A DNA stretch of 64,000 nucleotides from Octopus sinensis (lineage: Eukaryota), in assembly GCF_006345805.1 (NCBI RefSeq), contig NC_042999.1, forward strand, positions 105,028,001-105,092,000. The letters run 5' to 3'. This document shows positions 27,442 through 41,185 of this stretch, piece after piece. Positions within the stretch are counted from its first letter, which is position 1. Each line of letters starts with the position of its first letter. Below the pieces are notes generated by a model. That model searched no databases. It had not been told where the DNA came from and saw nothing but the letters and a program-made list of their open reading frames with translations. A program made the position numbers and the translations under genes.

Positions 27442-28390
27442 ACACACACACACGTATATGAAGTCAGAGAATACTTCCGAAACATTATAATGAAAATGAG
27501 AATTTTCCCACACAACGTCCAACCCCCGAAAAAAAATCTTACTCTGAGAAATAACTATAAAGACTCAATAGCCCCAAAGTAAACCACCCGAAGTGGTCTA
27601 TACAGAGAGAACAATAAGTACACACTATTACACTACACTGCATGCACTAATCATTAGCTTTATGGGGGGCACAGAATCCTCTTCATATAGGCCGACCTAC
27701 TACATATGTGTGTTGGTATTGCACTTATTCGTCCCATTCAATATTTCATGTGATGAGGATATTCAATATCTTGTGTATACTTATTTATTTTCTACGTTTT
27801 TATAAATACAGTATTAAACACACAAACTATATTAAGTGAAGTGATCATTGTCATAATGATGAATTAGCAGAAACTTCCTTTCTTTAGTTGTTATACCTTT
27901 TCGCCTGTTAAACCATCGAAACACTTAGTTTTAAGTATCAAAGCAATTTTTCCACATGAGAACATAACTGGCAGCTATTTTTATATTGCAGCATTGTCTA
28001 GTTCTATAAAACTGTATAAGACTGAAAAGCTGTAAGCAAATATCTCGGATTCTCAAGTATCTCAAATTCTCTATAGTCTGAATTGCTGAATTTTTACCGT
28101 TGCAGATATATATATCGAAAGCCAATTTGATTTTGTAGATATTTTGCAATAGCTGAATAATTAAGATTTTAACCGTAGAGGATAGAACTATGGGAACGTA
28201 TTTCCTAAGGATGGGTCATTAAGAGACTGTCAGCACCCAGACATCATAGCACCATGATACTTGATTCAAGGTCAGTCATTTCCCCTAATTAGATCCAGTT
28301 ATTCTTTTGATGTTGAACGGCGTTTTTGAAATACCAAGTAAACCAATAATAAAAATTAATTTTATTGCTGTTATCATTATTATCATTATC

Positions 28391-28429
<39 letters not shown>

Positions 28430-28466
28430 GTTGTTGTTGTTGTTGTTGTTGTTGCTGTTATTGTTT

Positions 28467-28863
28467 AAGGCGGCGAGCTGGCACAGTCGTTAGAATACCG
28501 GGTGAAATGCTTAGCGGTATTTCGTCTTCCGCTATGTTATGAGTTTAAATTCCGCCGAGGTCGACTTTGCCTTTCATCCTTTCGGGGTCGAGTAAATAAG
28601 TACCAGTTACGCACTGGGGTCGATATAATCGACTTAATCCGTGTGTCTGTTCTTGTTTGTCCTCTCTGTGTTTAGCCCCTTGTGGGTAGTAAAGAAATAT
28701 ATATTTCGCCCGTCGCTACGTTCTGAGTTCAAATTTCACTGAGGTCGACTTTGCTTTTCATCCTTTTGGGGTCGATAAATTAAGTACTAGTCAAACATTG
28801 GGCTCGATGCAATCGACTATTCCCCCACCCCAAATTTCACGCCTTGTGTCCATAGTGAAAACG

Positions 28864-28907
<44 letters not shown>

Positions 28908-29290
28908 CATCATCATCATCATCATTATTGATAAGGCAGTGAGCTGGCAGAACTGTTAGGATACCGGGCAAGATGCTTAGTGGCATGTCGTCCATCGTTA
29001 TGATCTAAGTTCAAATTCTTACGCAGTTGAGAGTGCCTTTTATCCTTTCACCAGGTCGATAAATTAAGTACCAGTGAAACGCTGGGCCGATGTAATGATC
29101 TCAGGTGTTGTGACTATAGTAGAAAGGATTGTTTTTATTATCGTTGGTGTTGTTGTTAAGGTGGAGAATCGTTACCATCCTGGGCAAAATACATAGCGGT
29201 ATTCGTCCGTCTCACTTTTCAGCGCCAATAAAACAAGATACAGCTGCCTTACTGCCTCACACGAAATTGCTGGCCTTGTGTCATAATTTG
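28467..29290 (+). mobile_element. Cluster of ~4 SINE family A copies, mostly separated by (ATT)n
   Basis: Copies at ~28467-28699, 28700-28865, 28932-29125, 29158-29290. Confidence 0.85.
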
Positions 29291-30043
29291 AAATCAACAT
29301 CATCATTATTGTTGTTGTTCTTGTTGCTATCATTTTATTATGAGAAATGCATACTTGTGTATATTCATGTGAATGTTGATCATGGACCTAATAAAAGGAA
29401 GTTTTATGAATATGGTTTCATCTTTCAGCATGAAAAAATAGGAGAAATAGTAATTTTCAAATTAGTCACAGGCAAATGTAGCGCTTAAAATTTCAGTTAA
29501 ATTTCGTGAATGTACGTCATTGTGCTGAGTCCTGGGAATGTATGCCTACACGTTGAGATGTTTTTCTTAGCAATAGCATGCATCTGTTTGCTTCTGGTCA
29601 GGGATAAAGTATTTTTCTGATGTTTCGTTACAGTGAATTGTCATTAATATTCATTGATATGATCGCACTAGTATTCTTATCTTCCATGTTAAAGTCTATC
29701 TATTTTTTGCCTTAAAAATTAAATATTTAACATAATAGATGTGTTGTAGGAAATAATCCTAATGTTTTATGTTCATAACTTAGTTTTTTCTATAAGAAAA
29801 TTTATTATTTATTTATTTCTTAAATAGATATTGCTTAACTCTATTTGCTTATTTATTTAACTGTCATCATTAACCTGAAGATTGACTATAATTTTAAATC
29901 GAATTTATTTCAATTGAATTTAAACTTAATTGTAATTCAAATTTAATTGTAACCATGAAATTTACCCTTTTTTTTAAACATATATTATATATTTATCATT
30001 CATATTATACTTTTTGAGATCTGGTTAGAAGTTACATATTTAG

Positions 30044-30077
<34 letters not shown>

Positions 30078-30078
<1 letters not shown>

Positions 30079-30480
30079 CAATTAAGGACTGAACACGAAA
30101 AGTGGACAGTCAACATGCTAGATATAGACGTCAAATCGCCATTCTCCACAAAAAGTCTATGTTCTCAGATCAAACTCAACACAAAACCAAAGCAATAAAC
30201 AAGTGAAAAATATACGAAATAAATATTTACCCATGTACTAAATTTAGTTTCGGTTGTTATTTTCCGCAAGGAAAAGTGCAACCATCATCAGCATGGTCCC
30301 ATATAAAATGCAATTTGCTATACTAAATGCCAACACGATACCAAAATATCGCGTGCATGGAGTACGGCCTATTACATTTGAAATATATATTTCAAATGTC
30401 TCTACTTTTGGCGCGATGAGACCCGAGAAAACTAGCCTGCAGCTAATAGTTAGCAGCAGTTAATTTATCGGTTAGAGAAC
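30078..30480 (-). mobile_element. PLE pLTR-like non-coding unit between (TA)n tracts
   Basis: Contains the HHR at 30231-30296 and a second AT-rich hairpin at 30373-30398. Confidence 0.55.
30231..30296 (-). ncRNA. Type I hammerhead ribozyme with an extra nucleotide after A9
   Basis: Minus strand: CCATG-CTGATGA-t-GGTTG-cac-TTTTCC-ttgc-GGAAAA-taa-CAACC-GAAAC-TAAATTTA-GTA-CATGG; cleavage predicted between 30236 and 30235. Confidence 0.8.
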
Positions 30481-30629
30481 AAATATTTATATAAAATTAA
30501 ATTTAGGGTAAAAATTGATATATTATATATATATATATGTTGACTATTTATGTATTGGTTTGAGTTGCATAATAGTGGTTTTCTCTCTAATTTATATATA
30601 TATGTATGTATGTATTTATGTATTCGAAT

Positions 30630-30682
30630 AAAGGCGGTGCTCCAGCATGGCCGCAGTCAAATGACTGAAACAAGTAAAAGAG
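30630..30682 (+). mobile_element. SINE family B 3' fragment
   Basis: aaaggcggtgctccagcatggccgcagtcaaatgactgaaacaagtaaaagag. Confidence 0.85.
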
Positions 30683-31199
30683 GGTAAATCGAGTTATTAA
30701 ACTCCACCTAGTTTAGCGATGAAATATATTGTAGGGTGGTGGAATATCCACTATGCATTTGTTAGTTCGATGTTTTATCATAGGAATATCAAAGTACCAG
30801 AAGAATAACAGTGTTAAACAAAGAGCATAACCTCCTAGCAAACATGCTCAATACGTAGAGGGGTAGATTCAGCTGAGGATGTAGTTTTACAAATGTCTGA
30901 TATAGGAGAAGAATTGTGACACCACGTGAGGGTGCCAAGTGCAACAGTACTGTTTTTTTTTTAATGTTAAAATCACACATACAGACAGAGTCACAAACAT
31001 GTACACACACACAAAAATGGCTCATGACCACACAAACCAGAAACCATTAAATTTTATTATCTTAGCATAAGATTACCAAGGATAAGAAACAAAAATGTAA
31101 TATAATCACCATAAAATTTTGCAATTTTAGGAGAATAAATAAGAATTCAGAATAAGGAAGCCTCAAATTAAATAGGATACATATACAATTTATTTCACA

Positions 31200-31327
<128 letters not shown>

Positions 31328-32384
31328 CAAACATACATATATAATCATATAACTTATTCCTTTAGACGCTTAAGTGTTTTGAATTCTCATTTTAAGTTGC
31401 ACGTATTTCGTTGTAATAAAACATTTGAACGATGAAAATGTAAAGTTCCTTTCTACGACGAACTGCGCTTACGGTTGAATTATAAATGCAAATACATTCG
31501 TACATATACTGAGTACAAAATTTTAAATTTGCTTTGAACTATACTTGGGTTCATGTTTGACTAATAGAAAATTCAGTCATAAAAATCACTCAACCAATAA
31601 CTCCTCTCAAACAGTAGTCTGTTCCTTCATTTCCTCTTCCTCTCCCTCCTCCTTCTCCTCCTTGTCATCACCGTCCATGCCATCATCATCGGAAGTTTCC
31701 TCATTAAAAGCTTATTTTCTGTTTGAAGTGTGTTTTTCCAGAACAATACCGCTTGTTTTTCCGCGAATGATTGCAGAAAATGTACAATTTTAGACGATAA
31801 ACACTTAACGCATTAGCGACAAGGTATCAAAAAAGGTGAACTAAAGAGTTGGTTTCGATTCCGATCCGAAGAAAGAAATTTACTTTATCAAATCTACTAA
31901 AGATTCTAAAACCGCTAGCAAACTTGTTTGCATTCACAAACTTTATTTTCACTCAATCTCTTTCTGTTCTTTTAAACCTTAAGGGCTTATGAAGCTTAAA
32001 AAAAGAAGCTGGTATACTGCTTGCAGTTTCAACGATGCTTGTATGTGCACTTGTTTCAACGAATATCCGTAATATTCTTCCTTTGAACATCGACAGTTCT
32101 ATGTTTCCAGCATGTTTCGTGGTTGTTAATGGAATGACACCTTCCCCACAGACAAAATTTCTTAAAAAGAGATATTTCAAAGACTATACATATATTTTGT
32201 AGCAAAATTTTATAGATCAAAGGAAAACACGTAAACAAAACATATTAAAGAAATCTCCGAAGGCAGAAGCCAATAGGCTATATAAGCTATATAAGCTGTT
32301 ATAATGGATGAAGGGTAAAACACTCATGACTGACCATTGGATTGCACCAAGAAAGTTATCCTCTGAGGCACAACTCTGGGAACG

Positions 32385-32645
32385 CTTGTTTATGGGAGAC
32401 CAGCAGTTGCCCATGCATACGAGGCTCCCTTCTCCATTCCACCGATGTTATCCAAGAGAAGGGTAAAGGTTGATACAGTTTGGCACTTGTGGAGTCGCAA
32501 CACATTCCTATAGCTGATTGAACTGGAGCAACGTGAAATAAAGTGTCTTCTCCAAGAACAAAATACAGCCCGGTCCGAGAATAGAACTCACTACCTCATG
32601 ATTGTAAGCTCGACGCTGTAACCACTGAACCATTTGCCTTCACTG
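32385..32645 (-). mobile_element. SINE family C copy
   Basis: Reverse complement resembles 62337-62600 (actggagcaacgtgaaat.aagtgtctt). Confidence 0.75.
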
Positions 32646-32989
32646 GTACTATACACCCATACTTTTGGGGATGGTGCTGATAAGTCTGTGCTGTTATGCA
32701 CACATGTTTTAAACTACATCTAAAGAAAGGCCATTATTGTGATATGCAAATTCACACAAACACGATCCCAACTTTCATCTTTTTATATAACAGGGGCATC
32801 CTATGGGATTACAATATCGTATGGTGTGTCGGCGAGGCAGTTCTATCTTCTACTCTATAAACACTGGGAGTGTTATATTTTGTCTTCCATTCTAATTCTT
32901 CTGGAGAGTAATGACCATCTTAACGTGGGTCTACACTTAAACAGATGATAGATTTTCTCACTATATTTGCTAGAAGTATAAGCGTTATC

Positions 32990-34400
32990 CTCAAAAGTAA
33001 TGGAGGAGAAAATCTCTCCAAACTGTCATCGTACTTACGTATTCTTCATATTTCCTAAATAACAATTTACCCTTTCATTTTCATGGTCCCTTTACTATTT
33101 TCCAAAATAAAAGACTGTTAATATTATTATATATCCTGATTGGCTTGAGGTACCCCAAAAGCTTCCTTATAGTTATTCAACCAAAAGATAAGTTGTTGAA
33201 TAGTCACACTTCATTTTATATCGATATACATCAATTCATCCATTCCCCTTCAAATCTTTCTGCATCCTTTAGTTTTTCTGGTAATATATTTCCTTTTCCA
33301 GAAAGCTATATTTTTCATCCGAAATGAAGCAAGTAATATCCAAAGTAGTAGTAAGCATATAACAGACTTAGAAATTCTAATTTCCCTGTTCTCTTATCTT
33401 TCTGTATTAATGCTGTTTTTCTACCATTTGTTACGCATGTTAGTGCCCCATTTCCTACACATTCAATAAGGTGATGGAACTGACTTAAAATATCTGAACA
33501 CCAATCAGATCATCGTTGTTTTCGAATTCGTTATGTTGTTATCCATATGTGTTCACTTTCTCTTTTGCAATATTTATATCATCTTATATTGACCTATTTA
33601 CCTAACAAGATTGCTCCTCTATTATGTTGAATTTCTTTGCTCCAAATAACTGACTAAAAGTTCTTAGAAGCTTCAACATCTGCAGATCTTCATCCTCATT
33701 GTTAATCAGTTGATAAATTTCCCTTTCACTGTTTTTGAAGAGCCTGTTCTGCTGACATTGCTTTATTCTATGTTTGCTAACTAATATTTCCCACCTTGTA
33801 TTGCTTTAATTGTTTGTCGCATCTCCTCCGTAGTTACTTACCCTTATGATAATAATGCTGTACCTTCTTTGAAACTATTTTACCGTGTCTTTCCCACAAC
33901 ATCTCCGTTTTACTTAAAGCATTTATCATTCAAGGCATCTTTTCAGCAGTTAAACATGATTTTCAAGTGTTTTCGGCCAACGTTCTTTATCTGCTTTTAT
34001 ATGCTTCACTTTTAACCCTAAGAATGTCTGCAGCAAAAGAGGCTTCACAATATATGAGGCCATTTACTCGTGTCATATTCTTAACTTTGATTTTCAATAA
34101 TATTCCATCCGGTCTTTTACTGTTTGGTGCGGTTTTTCACATCGATTCCTCTCAAAGTTGGTAATCTTGTATTTCTAATGCCCTTCTTTGCAATACCATT
34201 TCCCTTCATGAAATAAAACTTGTTTTCACTCTCACAATGATTTCTAGCCTTCAACTGCGTCATCGCTCGTTCTTCTATTACTTATGAAACTTTCTCTTTT
34301 ATATAGGCTTCATCTTTGGTTTTAATGACGATCTCTTCCTGTTTAGGATGGGATAGCTTTCCTTTAATAGGATCGGTTTTGCCAAATCTAGAAGTCTTTT
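32990..34400 (-). mobile_element. Old, highly decayed RTE-like LINE
   Basis: Scattered RT-like remnants on the minus strand; no open frame. Confidence 0.35.
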
Positions 34401-35387
34401 ACCATGACCATATTCACCACTGTTGTCGTCGTCGGCAACGCTGACGTTATCATCACGAGTACCGCCGCCGTTACCACCACCACCACACCACCACCACCAC
34501 CACAGCCAGAACTAAACAGGTATTTCAGCATGAGCTTTGGTGACTCGCTTCCTTAAATCTCAAGAATTCTAGTAATGTTTCAGTAACTTTTGGGATATCT
34601 CTTGCTGCCAAAATTGTCCTTTCTTCACTACTTACGAGATAAATTACAAACTCAACATCTCAGTAATAGTGGTGTCTTCTGCATTGTGCAATGTTCTATT
34701 TCATTTCTTTCTTAATAGGTAGAGCCTGTCGGCGATTGTTGTACAAACTCTTTACCTAAATCGTGTAATCTTTGCTTTATTCATCTCAGAAAATGAACAG
34801 AGTATTTTCATACTATTATGGCCCAAGTGTCTATTGCTTAAATGATGTTCCCTATTCCATTTAATTTTATTTCATGCATCTTCCTAATTCTTTTCTTGCA
34901 CTAATTGGAGATTTTCTCTCTTATTTCTTCTACGTTAATCCTATCCTCTTGCATCACCTGTTGATACTTGTTTCTTTCATTATTGCTCAGTGATATAAAT
35001 GGCATCACCTTGTTACTTTACACAGTTATTATACACACGTAATTTTATACAAGGAATTTATCACTCAACCTCTCTTCTAAATTAATATTGTATGCTTTTT
35101 TACCCCAACGTCCATCCCTGAATCCTTGCTAAACACTTTGCTGCTTGGATTTTAGAACGTAGGTATATTTCAGTTTTCGGCTAATGTTTGGCGTCATTTA
35201 TTTATCACTGGGCATCAAATTTCACTAACGTTTCGGAAAACTCTCACTGTGCTTGTTAGAGGAATTAAAGCAGTAACGAAAAGCAATGGTGAGTGCGAAT
35301 TTCTAGAAGTAGGTATCTGTGCATTTTCCCCTTAAATTGCAACTCATTAGTGCATGATCGTTCAATGTCCCGTGATCGCAGTGATTC

Positions 35388-35540
35388 TTCTTCTTCTTCT
35401 TCTTCTTCTTCTTCTTCTTCTTCTTCTTTCTTCTTCTTCTTCTTCTTATTTTTCTTTTTCTTCTTCTTCTTCTTCTTCTTCTTCTTTTTCTTCTTCTTCT
35501 TCTTCTTCTTCTTCTTCTTCTTCTTCTTCTTCTTCTTCTT
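35388..35540. repeat. (TTC)n microsatellite
   Basis: Direct reading. Confidence 0.95.
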
Positions 35541-37490
35541 TCAATTTTGTTTCCATTTCTTGCCGAATGTCTTCCGAATACCTAGGGCAAAGAAACTCAA
35601 TGTATACATTGGCAGGTCATTAAGATAAACACACTAGATTGCTCATTTACAAAATCATTTAATAGAAAAAAGGGAAGAAAGACAGACGAAAGGAGGAACA
35701 AAAAAGAAAACAATGAAAAACATGAAATAAATGAAAAAAGAAAACAGAAAATAATGGGGAAACGGAAAGAAAATTTACAGCGACAATGCTCTTCTAAATG
35801 CGTGTGACGTACCGATTAGACACTTTTTTTTGCACTTTCTGCATGGATGGTCAGCGATTATCCTGAAATAATTTTCAGGTACCTTTTTTATCATTACAAG
35901 TGTTCCTACAAATGCTGGTATTGTAACCGTCTTGAGACTCCAAATTTTTCCGATTTCAATCAGCAAGTCTTTGTATTTTCTGAGGTTATCAATTTCTTCT
36001 GCCGAGATGTCAATCAATAAACAATTTTTAATGCTTTGGTCTTTCACAATAATATCTGGTTTATTTGCGTTGATGGTTCGGTTTGTATGTATTGGAAAGT
36101 CCTCAAGAATCGATACATTTTCCCCCCTCCATTACAGCCTCATGATGGTGCTTGTACCATTTGTCAGCAGTTTTGATTTTATAATGCCGACATATTATAT
36201 AATGTAGATATTGGCCAAATCAGTCATGTCTAGATTTATACTCTACTGGTGCCAAAACCTTACACCCAGAGACTAGGTGGTCCACTGTTTCAATCTAATC
36301 ATTGCAGTATCGGTACTTTGTGTCTAATATATTTATCATCACATTGGCTTGGTAGTTCCGGGTCAATAAACTTTGATCTGGAGCAGCTAAGATAAAACCT
36401 TAGCTCTCTGACTTTAGCCATGTGATCCGTAGCCACTGATACGTGTGCTTTTGATCTACATCAGCTTTTTTGCTACGGGCCATTTATTTGCCATGCAAAG
36501 GTTTTTACTCCCGCATATCAGCCAACTTTTCAGATGCGTTTTGCATTTCTATTGATTTCACCTTTTTTGCAACGACTGTTGCCGCACTTACATCATGCTG
36601 TTCAATCTGGATACTATGCATGAACCCACTAGTTAATGTTTGGCTCTCTTTACGTCTCTCGTGGTTTTTAACGACTATTAGCATCCGGTCGTTGGATGTG
36701 TCAAGCTATTTGGACAGTCCAATTGTAGTGGTTTTGTAAGATATTTCAAACTGGAGCAAGCATGAACCTTCTTGTGCTCTGGGAAGGTAAAGAGGTTCTG
36801 CGTCTGCCTTTGGGTGGTGCATCTTATTGTAAGTAAGCAGCATACAGAGTTTTCTGTCAGCTCATATTCAGGTTCAAGACATTGAAATTGTAATTAACAA
36901 CTGGAACTGCTAGGAATTAATGGCTAACACCGTGTTACGTGTATTTATCTCGGAATTTAGGTCTGCTCGATCTCTCCTGTAACATTCCTTCACAATCCTC
37001 TCTTTCGTGCTTGGATGCTGAATGACAGAGCCCTAATTTATTTCGAGGTATTTGTAAGCTTTGCCTCAAATTGTTATTTAAATGTGTCAACATCTAACAC
37101 CACTGAATGTGATATCTTCAATTTTCCTTTCTGGAAAGTGGCCCTGGTACATTTCTCAATACTAAGTTCCATGGCGATGTCATCACTGAATGCTTTCACA
37201 GTACGCAATAGTCCATGAAGATCATTATCATCTTTGCCATAATCTTAAGTCACCCATATAAAATAGATGGCTCATTTTCCGGTCGTCAGTTTTATATCCT
37301 ACCCTGTTGTGATGTAGGGGGTAATAGTGCTACGCAAAATATTAGAGGTGAAAGTGAGTTACCTTCGAAAATGCCAAGGCTGGTGTTAATGTTTTTCATA
37401 ATCAGTACTCAATTAGAGTAGTATAATTGGACATTCGTATTCTTCACTGACATGTTGTGCTTCCGGAAGTTTGAAGATATCCAGTGACTT
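35541..37490 (-). mobile_element. R4/Dong-like LINE, 5'-truncated and decayed
   Basis: SHLFYMGDL (YMDD-like) near 37250, VLAINSLAVPV near 36900, LIDIS..KYKDLLIEIGKIWSLKT..GTSHAFRRALSL*. Confidence 0.8.
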
Positions 37491-37509
37491 CATTATTATT
37501 ATTATTATT

Positions 37510-37637
37510 ATATGTTTGACTTTTGCTTTATATTTGTACAAGTTGGCTCCAAGTCTCACCCAGAGACCTCAGGAGACAACAGGCTGGAAGTTCACGTTGT
37601 TGTTATGCCTAGTGTGCCATATATTTGGTTGTTTTTT

Positions 37638-37640
<3 letters not shown>
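37510..37640 (-). mobile_element. Isolated R4/Dong-like 3' UTR fragment
   Basis: Reverse complement of 310-440. Confidence 0.8.
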
Positions 37641-37692
<52 letters not shown>

Positions 37693-37774
37693 CATCGTCA
37701 TCATCATCATCATCATCATCACCACCACCACCACTACAACCACCACCATCATCATCATCATCACAACCACCACC

Positions 37775-37808
<34 letters not shown>

Positions 37809-38035
37809 TCGTTATTATTATTATCATCGTTATTATTATTATTATTATTATTATTGTTATTATTATTGTTATTATTATTATCATTATTATTATTGTTATT
37901 ATTGTTATTATTGTTATTATTATTGTTATTATTGTTATTATTGTTATTATTATTGTTATTATTGTTATTTTCATTATTATTATTGTTATTATTATTATTA
38001 TTGTTGTTGCTGTTATTATTATTATTATTGTTATT
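37641..38035. repeat. Compound (ATT)/(CAT)/(CAC)/(GTT) microsatellite
   Basis: Direct reading. Confidence 0.95.
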
Positions 38036-38039
38036 CAGT

Positions 38040-41000
38040 AGTATATTTTTTATATCGTGCTTTCACTTCACTACCGAGCGCAGCTCTGTGTGCCTTGGGT
38101 ATGTGCTGTGGTTTGTTGTGATGCTCTGATGGTTATTGTATGGAAAGTGTTCTGCGTAGGATGTGTGCAGTGCCTGGTAGTGCAATGTTCTGTATGTTAT
38201 ATGTGTTTGTAAGTCCTGGTGTTTTTGTTATGTATTTGTCTGAATATATTTTTATCATGCTTAATGCACCTATTATGATAGGAATTTTTCTGTTTTTAGA
38301 TTCCACATTCTGGTTATCTCTATTTCCAGGTCTTTGTATTTTGAAACTTTCTCCATTTCTTTTAGAGACACGTTGTCATCCGCTGGTATTGATACATCAA
38401 TTAGAAAACATTTTTTTTCTTCATGATCTCTGACAACTATATCTGGTCTGTTGGCCTTAATTTCTCTATCTGTGTGTATTGGCATATCCCAGAGTATGGT
38501 TGCTTTCTCGTTTCCTGTGACATTTTCTGGTGTGTGCCTATACCATCTTTTTTCTGTTGTTATTCCATAATGTTGGCATAGTTTCCAGTGTATATAGGTC
38601 CCAACTCTGTCGTGTCTGTGAATATATTCCTTCTTAGCCAGGACTGGGCAGCCAGAGATAAAATGATTTATTGTTTCTTGTCCATCTCCACATATTCTGC
38701 AGTTACTTGTTATATTTCTTTCCATTACATGTTTTTGGTAATTTCTGGTGGGAAGGCTTTGTCTTGTGCTGCAATTAAAAATCCTTCTGTTTCTGCTTTG
38801 AGTCCTGAGCTTCTCAACCATTGTTGGGATTTTTCTTTGTCTATTTCTTTTGCATTTAGTTTAGTCCAGTATTTGCCATGAAGGGGCTTTTCTTGCCATC
38901 GTTTTATCATGGATCGTTGCTGTTCTATTTTTAGTTTGGATTTCATTTGTTTTATAGCTTTTGTTGTTTCTTCTTCTTCTTCTTCTTCTTCTTCTTCTTC
39001 TTCTTCTTCTTCTTCTTCTTCTTCTTCTTCTTCTTCTTCTTCTTTTTCTTCTTCTTCTTCTTCTTCTTCTTCTTCTTCATATTTGTTAGGTGGTATGATT
39101 TCTTGTTTGTATTTGTCAGCTTCCTTAAATACTGAGAACAGTTTTTTGTTTTGCTCGTGTTTTGCTGCTATTTGTATCAGTTATTTTTATAAGCAGTTTT
39201 CCAGCTGTATAAAGCCTCTACCACCTTCTATACGTTGTATATATAGCCTTTCTATGTCAGATTTTGGGTGATGCATCCTAGATCCTGTCAGTATTTTTCT
39301 TGTTTTCCTATCTATTTTGGTCAGTTCATTTAGTGTCCAGTTAAGGATATTTTAGCTGTAACTTATAACTGGGACGGCTAAAGTGTTGATACCTATTATC
39401 TTGTTTTCAGCATTGAGCTCTGTTTTCAGTATTGATCTAACTCGTCTATAATATTCTTTTTTTATTTTCTCTTTCATTTGTGTGTGTTGTGTCTTATCTA
39501 GTTCATGGATTCCTAATTATTTGTAAGTTTGGCTTTGGTCTAATACTTTTATTTCATTAGTTTTATCTAGTGTGATGTTGCTACTCTTAATTAGTTTTCC
39601 TCTTTTCAGGGTTACTTTGACGCATTTCTCTAATCCAAATTTCATATCTATTTATTTGGTAAATCCATGAACTGTCTTTAGTAGTTTTTCCAGCTGTTTG
39701 TCATTTGTAGCGTATAGTTTTAGGTCATCCATATATAAAAGGTGGCTGATCTTTTTGCCGTAACATTTATATCCGCATCCGGTTCTGCTTAGCATATCCG
39801 ATAGAGGTGACAGTGCCAAGCAGAAAAGGAGTGGAGAGAACGTATCTCCCTGGAATATTCCTCTTCTAATGGGGATGGTTTGGTTTTCACAAGTCCCTCT
39901 TTTGTTTGGAGCTGTAGCACCGTTTGCCATTTATTCATAGAGTTTCCTATGTACTTTATAATTGTTGGTGCAACTTTGTTCATGGCTAGTGTTTCGAGAA
40001 TCCATGTGTGGGGTATGCTATCAAACGCCTTTTTGTAGTCGATCCAGGCCATACTGAGGCCTTTCTTCTTTCTGTGGCTGTCTTCAGTTACGGCTTTATT
40101 AATCATTAGTTGATCTTTACAGCCATATGAGCCTTTGCAGCATCCTTTCTGCTGTTCTGGAAACAGGTTGTTTTCGTCCAGGTGCTAGTTCAATCTTTGC
40201 GATATTACTGCAGTAAATGCTTTGTACATTGTAGGGAGACAGGTCTGTAGTTTTCTGGTTTTGCTGTCTCATTTGATTTGGGAATTAAGATGGTTTTCCC
40301 CTTCGTGAGCCATTCAGGCATTGTCTCTGTCTCTGCCAGTATGTTGTTAAAATTTTCAGCCAGCTTTTTGTGCATTCCTGTTAGATATTTCAACCAGAAG
40401 TTGGGGATCTTGTCATGCCCAGGCGCCTTCCAGTTGCTTAGTCTTTGCAGTGCCTGGGTTATCTCTTCAGTTGTTATGGGGGTCCAGAGTTGCTCAGATG
40501 CTGAGTTTGTTGTTTTAATACTCCTTTTTTTGGTTGTTCGTTCGCCGACCATATTTCTCTCCAGAATTCTTCCACTTCTTCTGCCGTTGGTGCTGCAGTG
40601 ATTTCTATTTTATTTTTGCTAAGTTCTTGGTAGAAATTTTGGGGTTGGAGTTGAACTGTTTATTTTGTTCAAAGATACGTTGGCGTTTCTCGTACCGGCG
40701 GATTCTTTGTGCTTTGGCAAGGATATCTTGCTTCAGCTTTTCTTTTATCTCAGGTAAATCTTTTTCTGTGGTGTTGTATTTGCGGAATATTTTTGTTTTC
40801 TTTTTGTTGCTCAGTAGCGTTGGTTGTCTACTGATTTCATTAAGAATCGACATATCTTTTCTCATTTTGTTTTGGATGTTATTTATCCACAGGGTTTGTT
40901 TGGGTGGTGGTACTCCTGTTTGGATGGGTTTGAGTGAGCATCCAGCTTCCTTTGTGGCTGCAGTGGCTGCTGCGTATACTAAGTCATTTAGCTCAGTGAT

Positions 41001-41078
41001 ATCGCTTTTTGTTTCAGTGGCTATTAGTTCCGTGACGGCTAGGTTTATGTTGTTTATAATTGATGTTTATAATTGATG

Positions 41079-41085
<7 letters not shown>
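38040..41085 (-). mobile_element. R4/Dong-like LINE, ~3 kb, RT + CCHC + REL endonuclease, frameshifted
   Basis: WKAPGHDKIPNFWLK, AWIDYKKAFDSIPH, GIFQGDTFSPLLFCLAL, SHLLYMDDLKLY, CRICGDGQETINHFISGC, HRHD, NRPDIV, CFLIDVSIP; ends GTAHILRRTLSI*. Confidence 0.92.
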
Positions 41086-41144
<59 letters not shown>

Positions 41145-41147
41145 TAC

Positions 41148-41184
<37 letters not shown>

Positions 41185-41185
<1 letters not shown>

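Noticed and set aside
27745-27785. GTGATGA-GGATA-ttcaa-TATCT hairpin
   Set aside because: No GAAA or cleavage triplet follows.
30360-30410. Possible second decayed HHR (long AT hairpin followed by GGCC-GTA on the minus strand)
   Set aside because: Both core segments are missing; too degraded to call.
31560-32240. Acidic tract and open frames on the minus strand
   Set aside because: A stop lies directly upstream of the acidic frame, and no homology was recognised.
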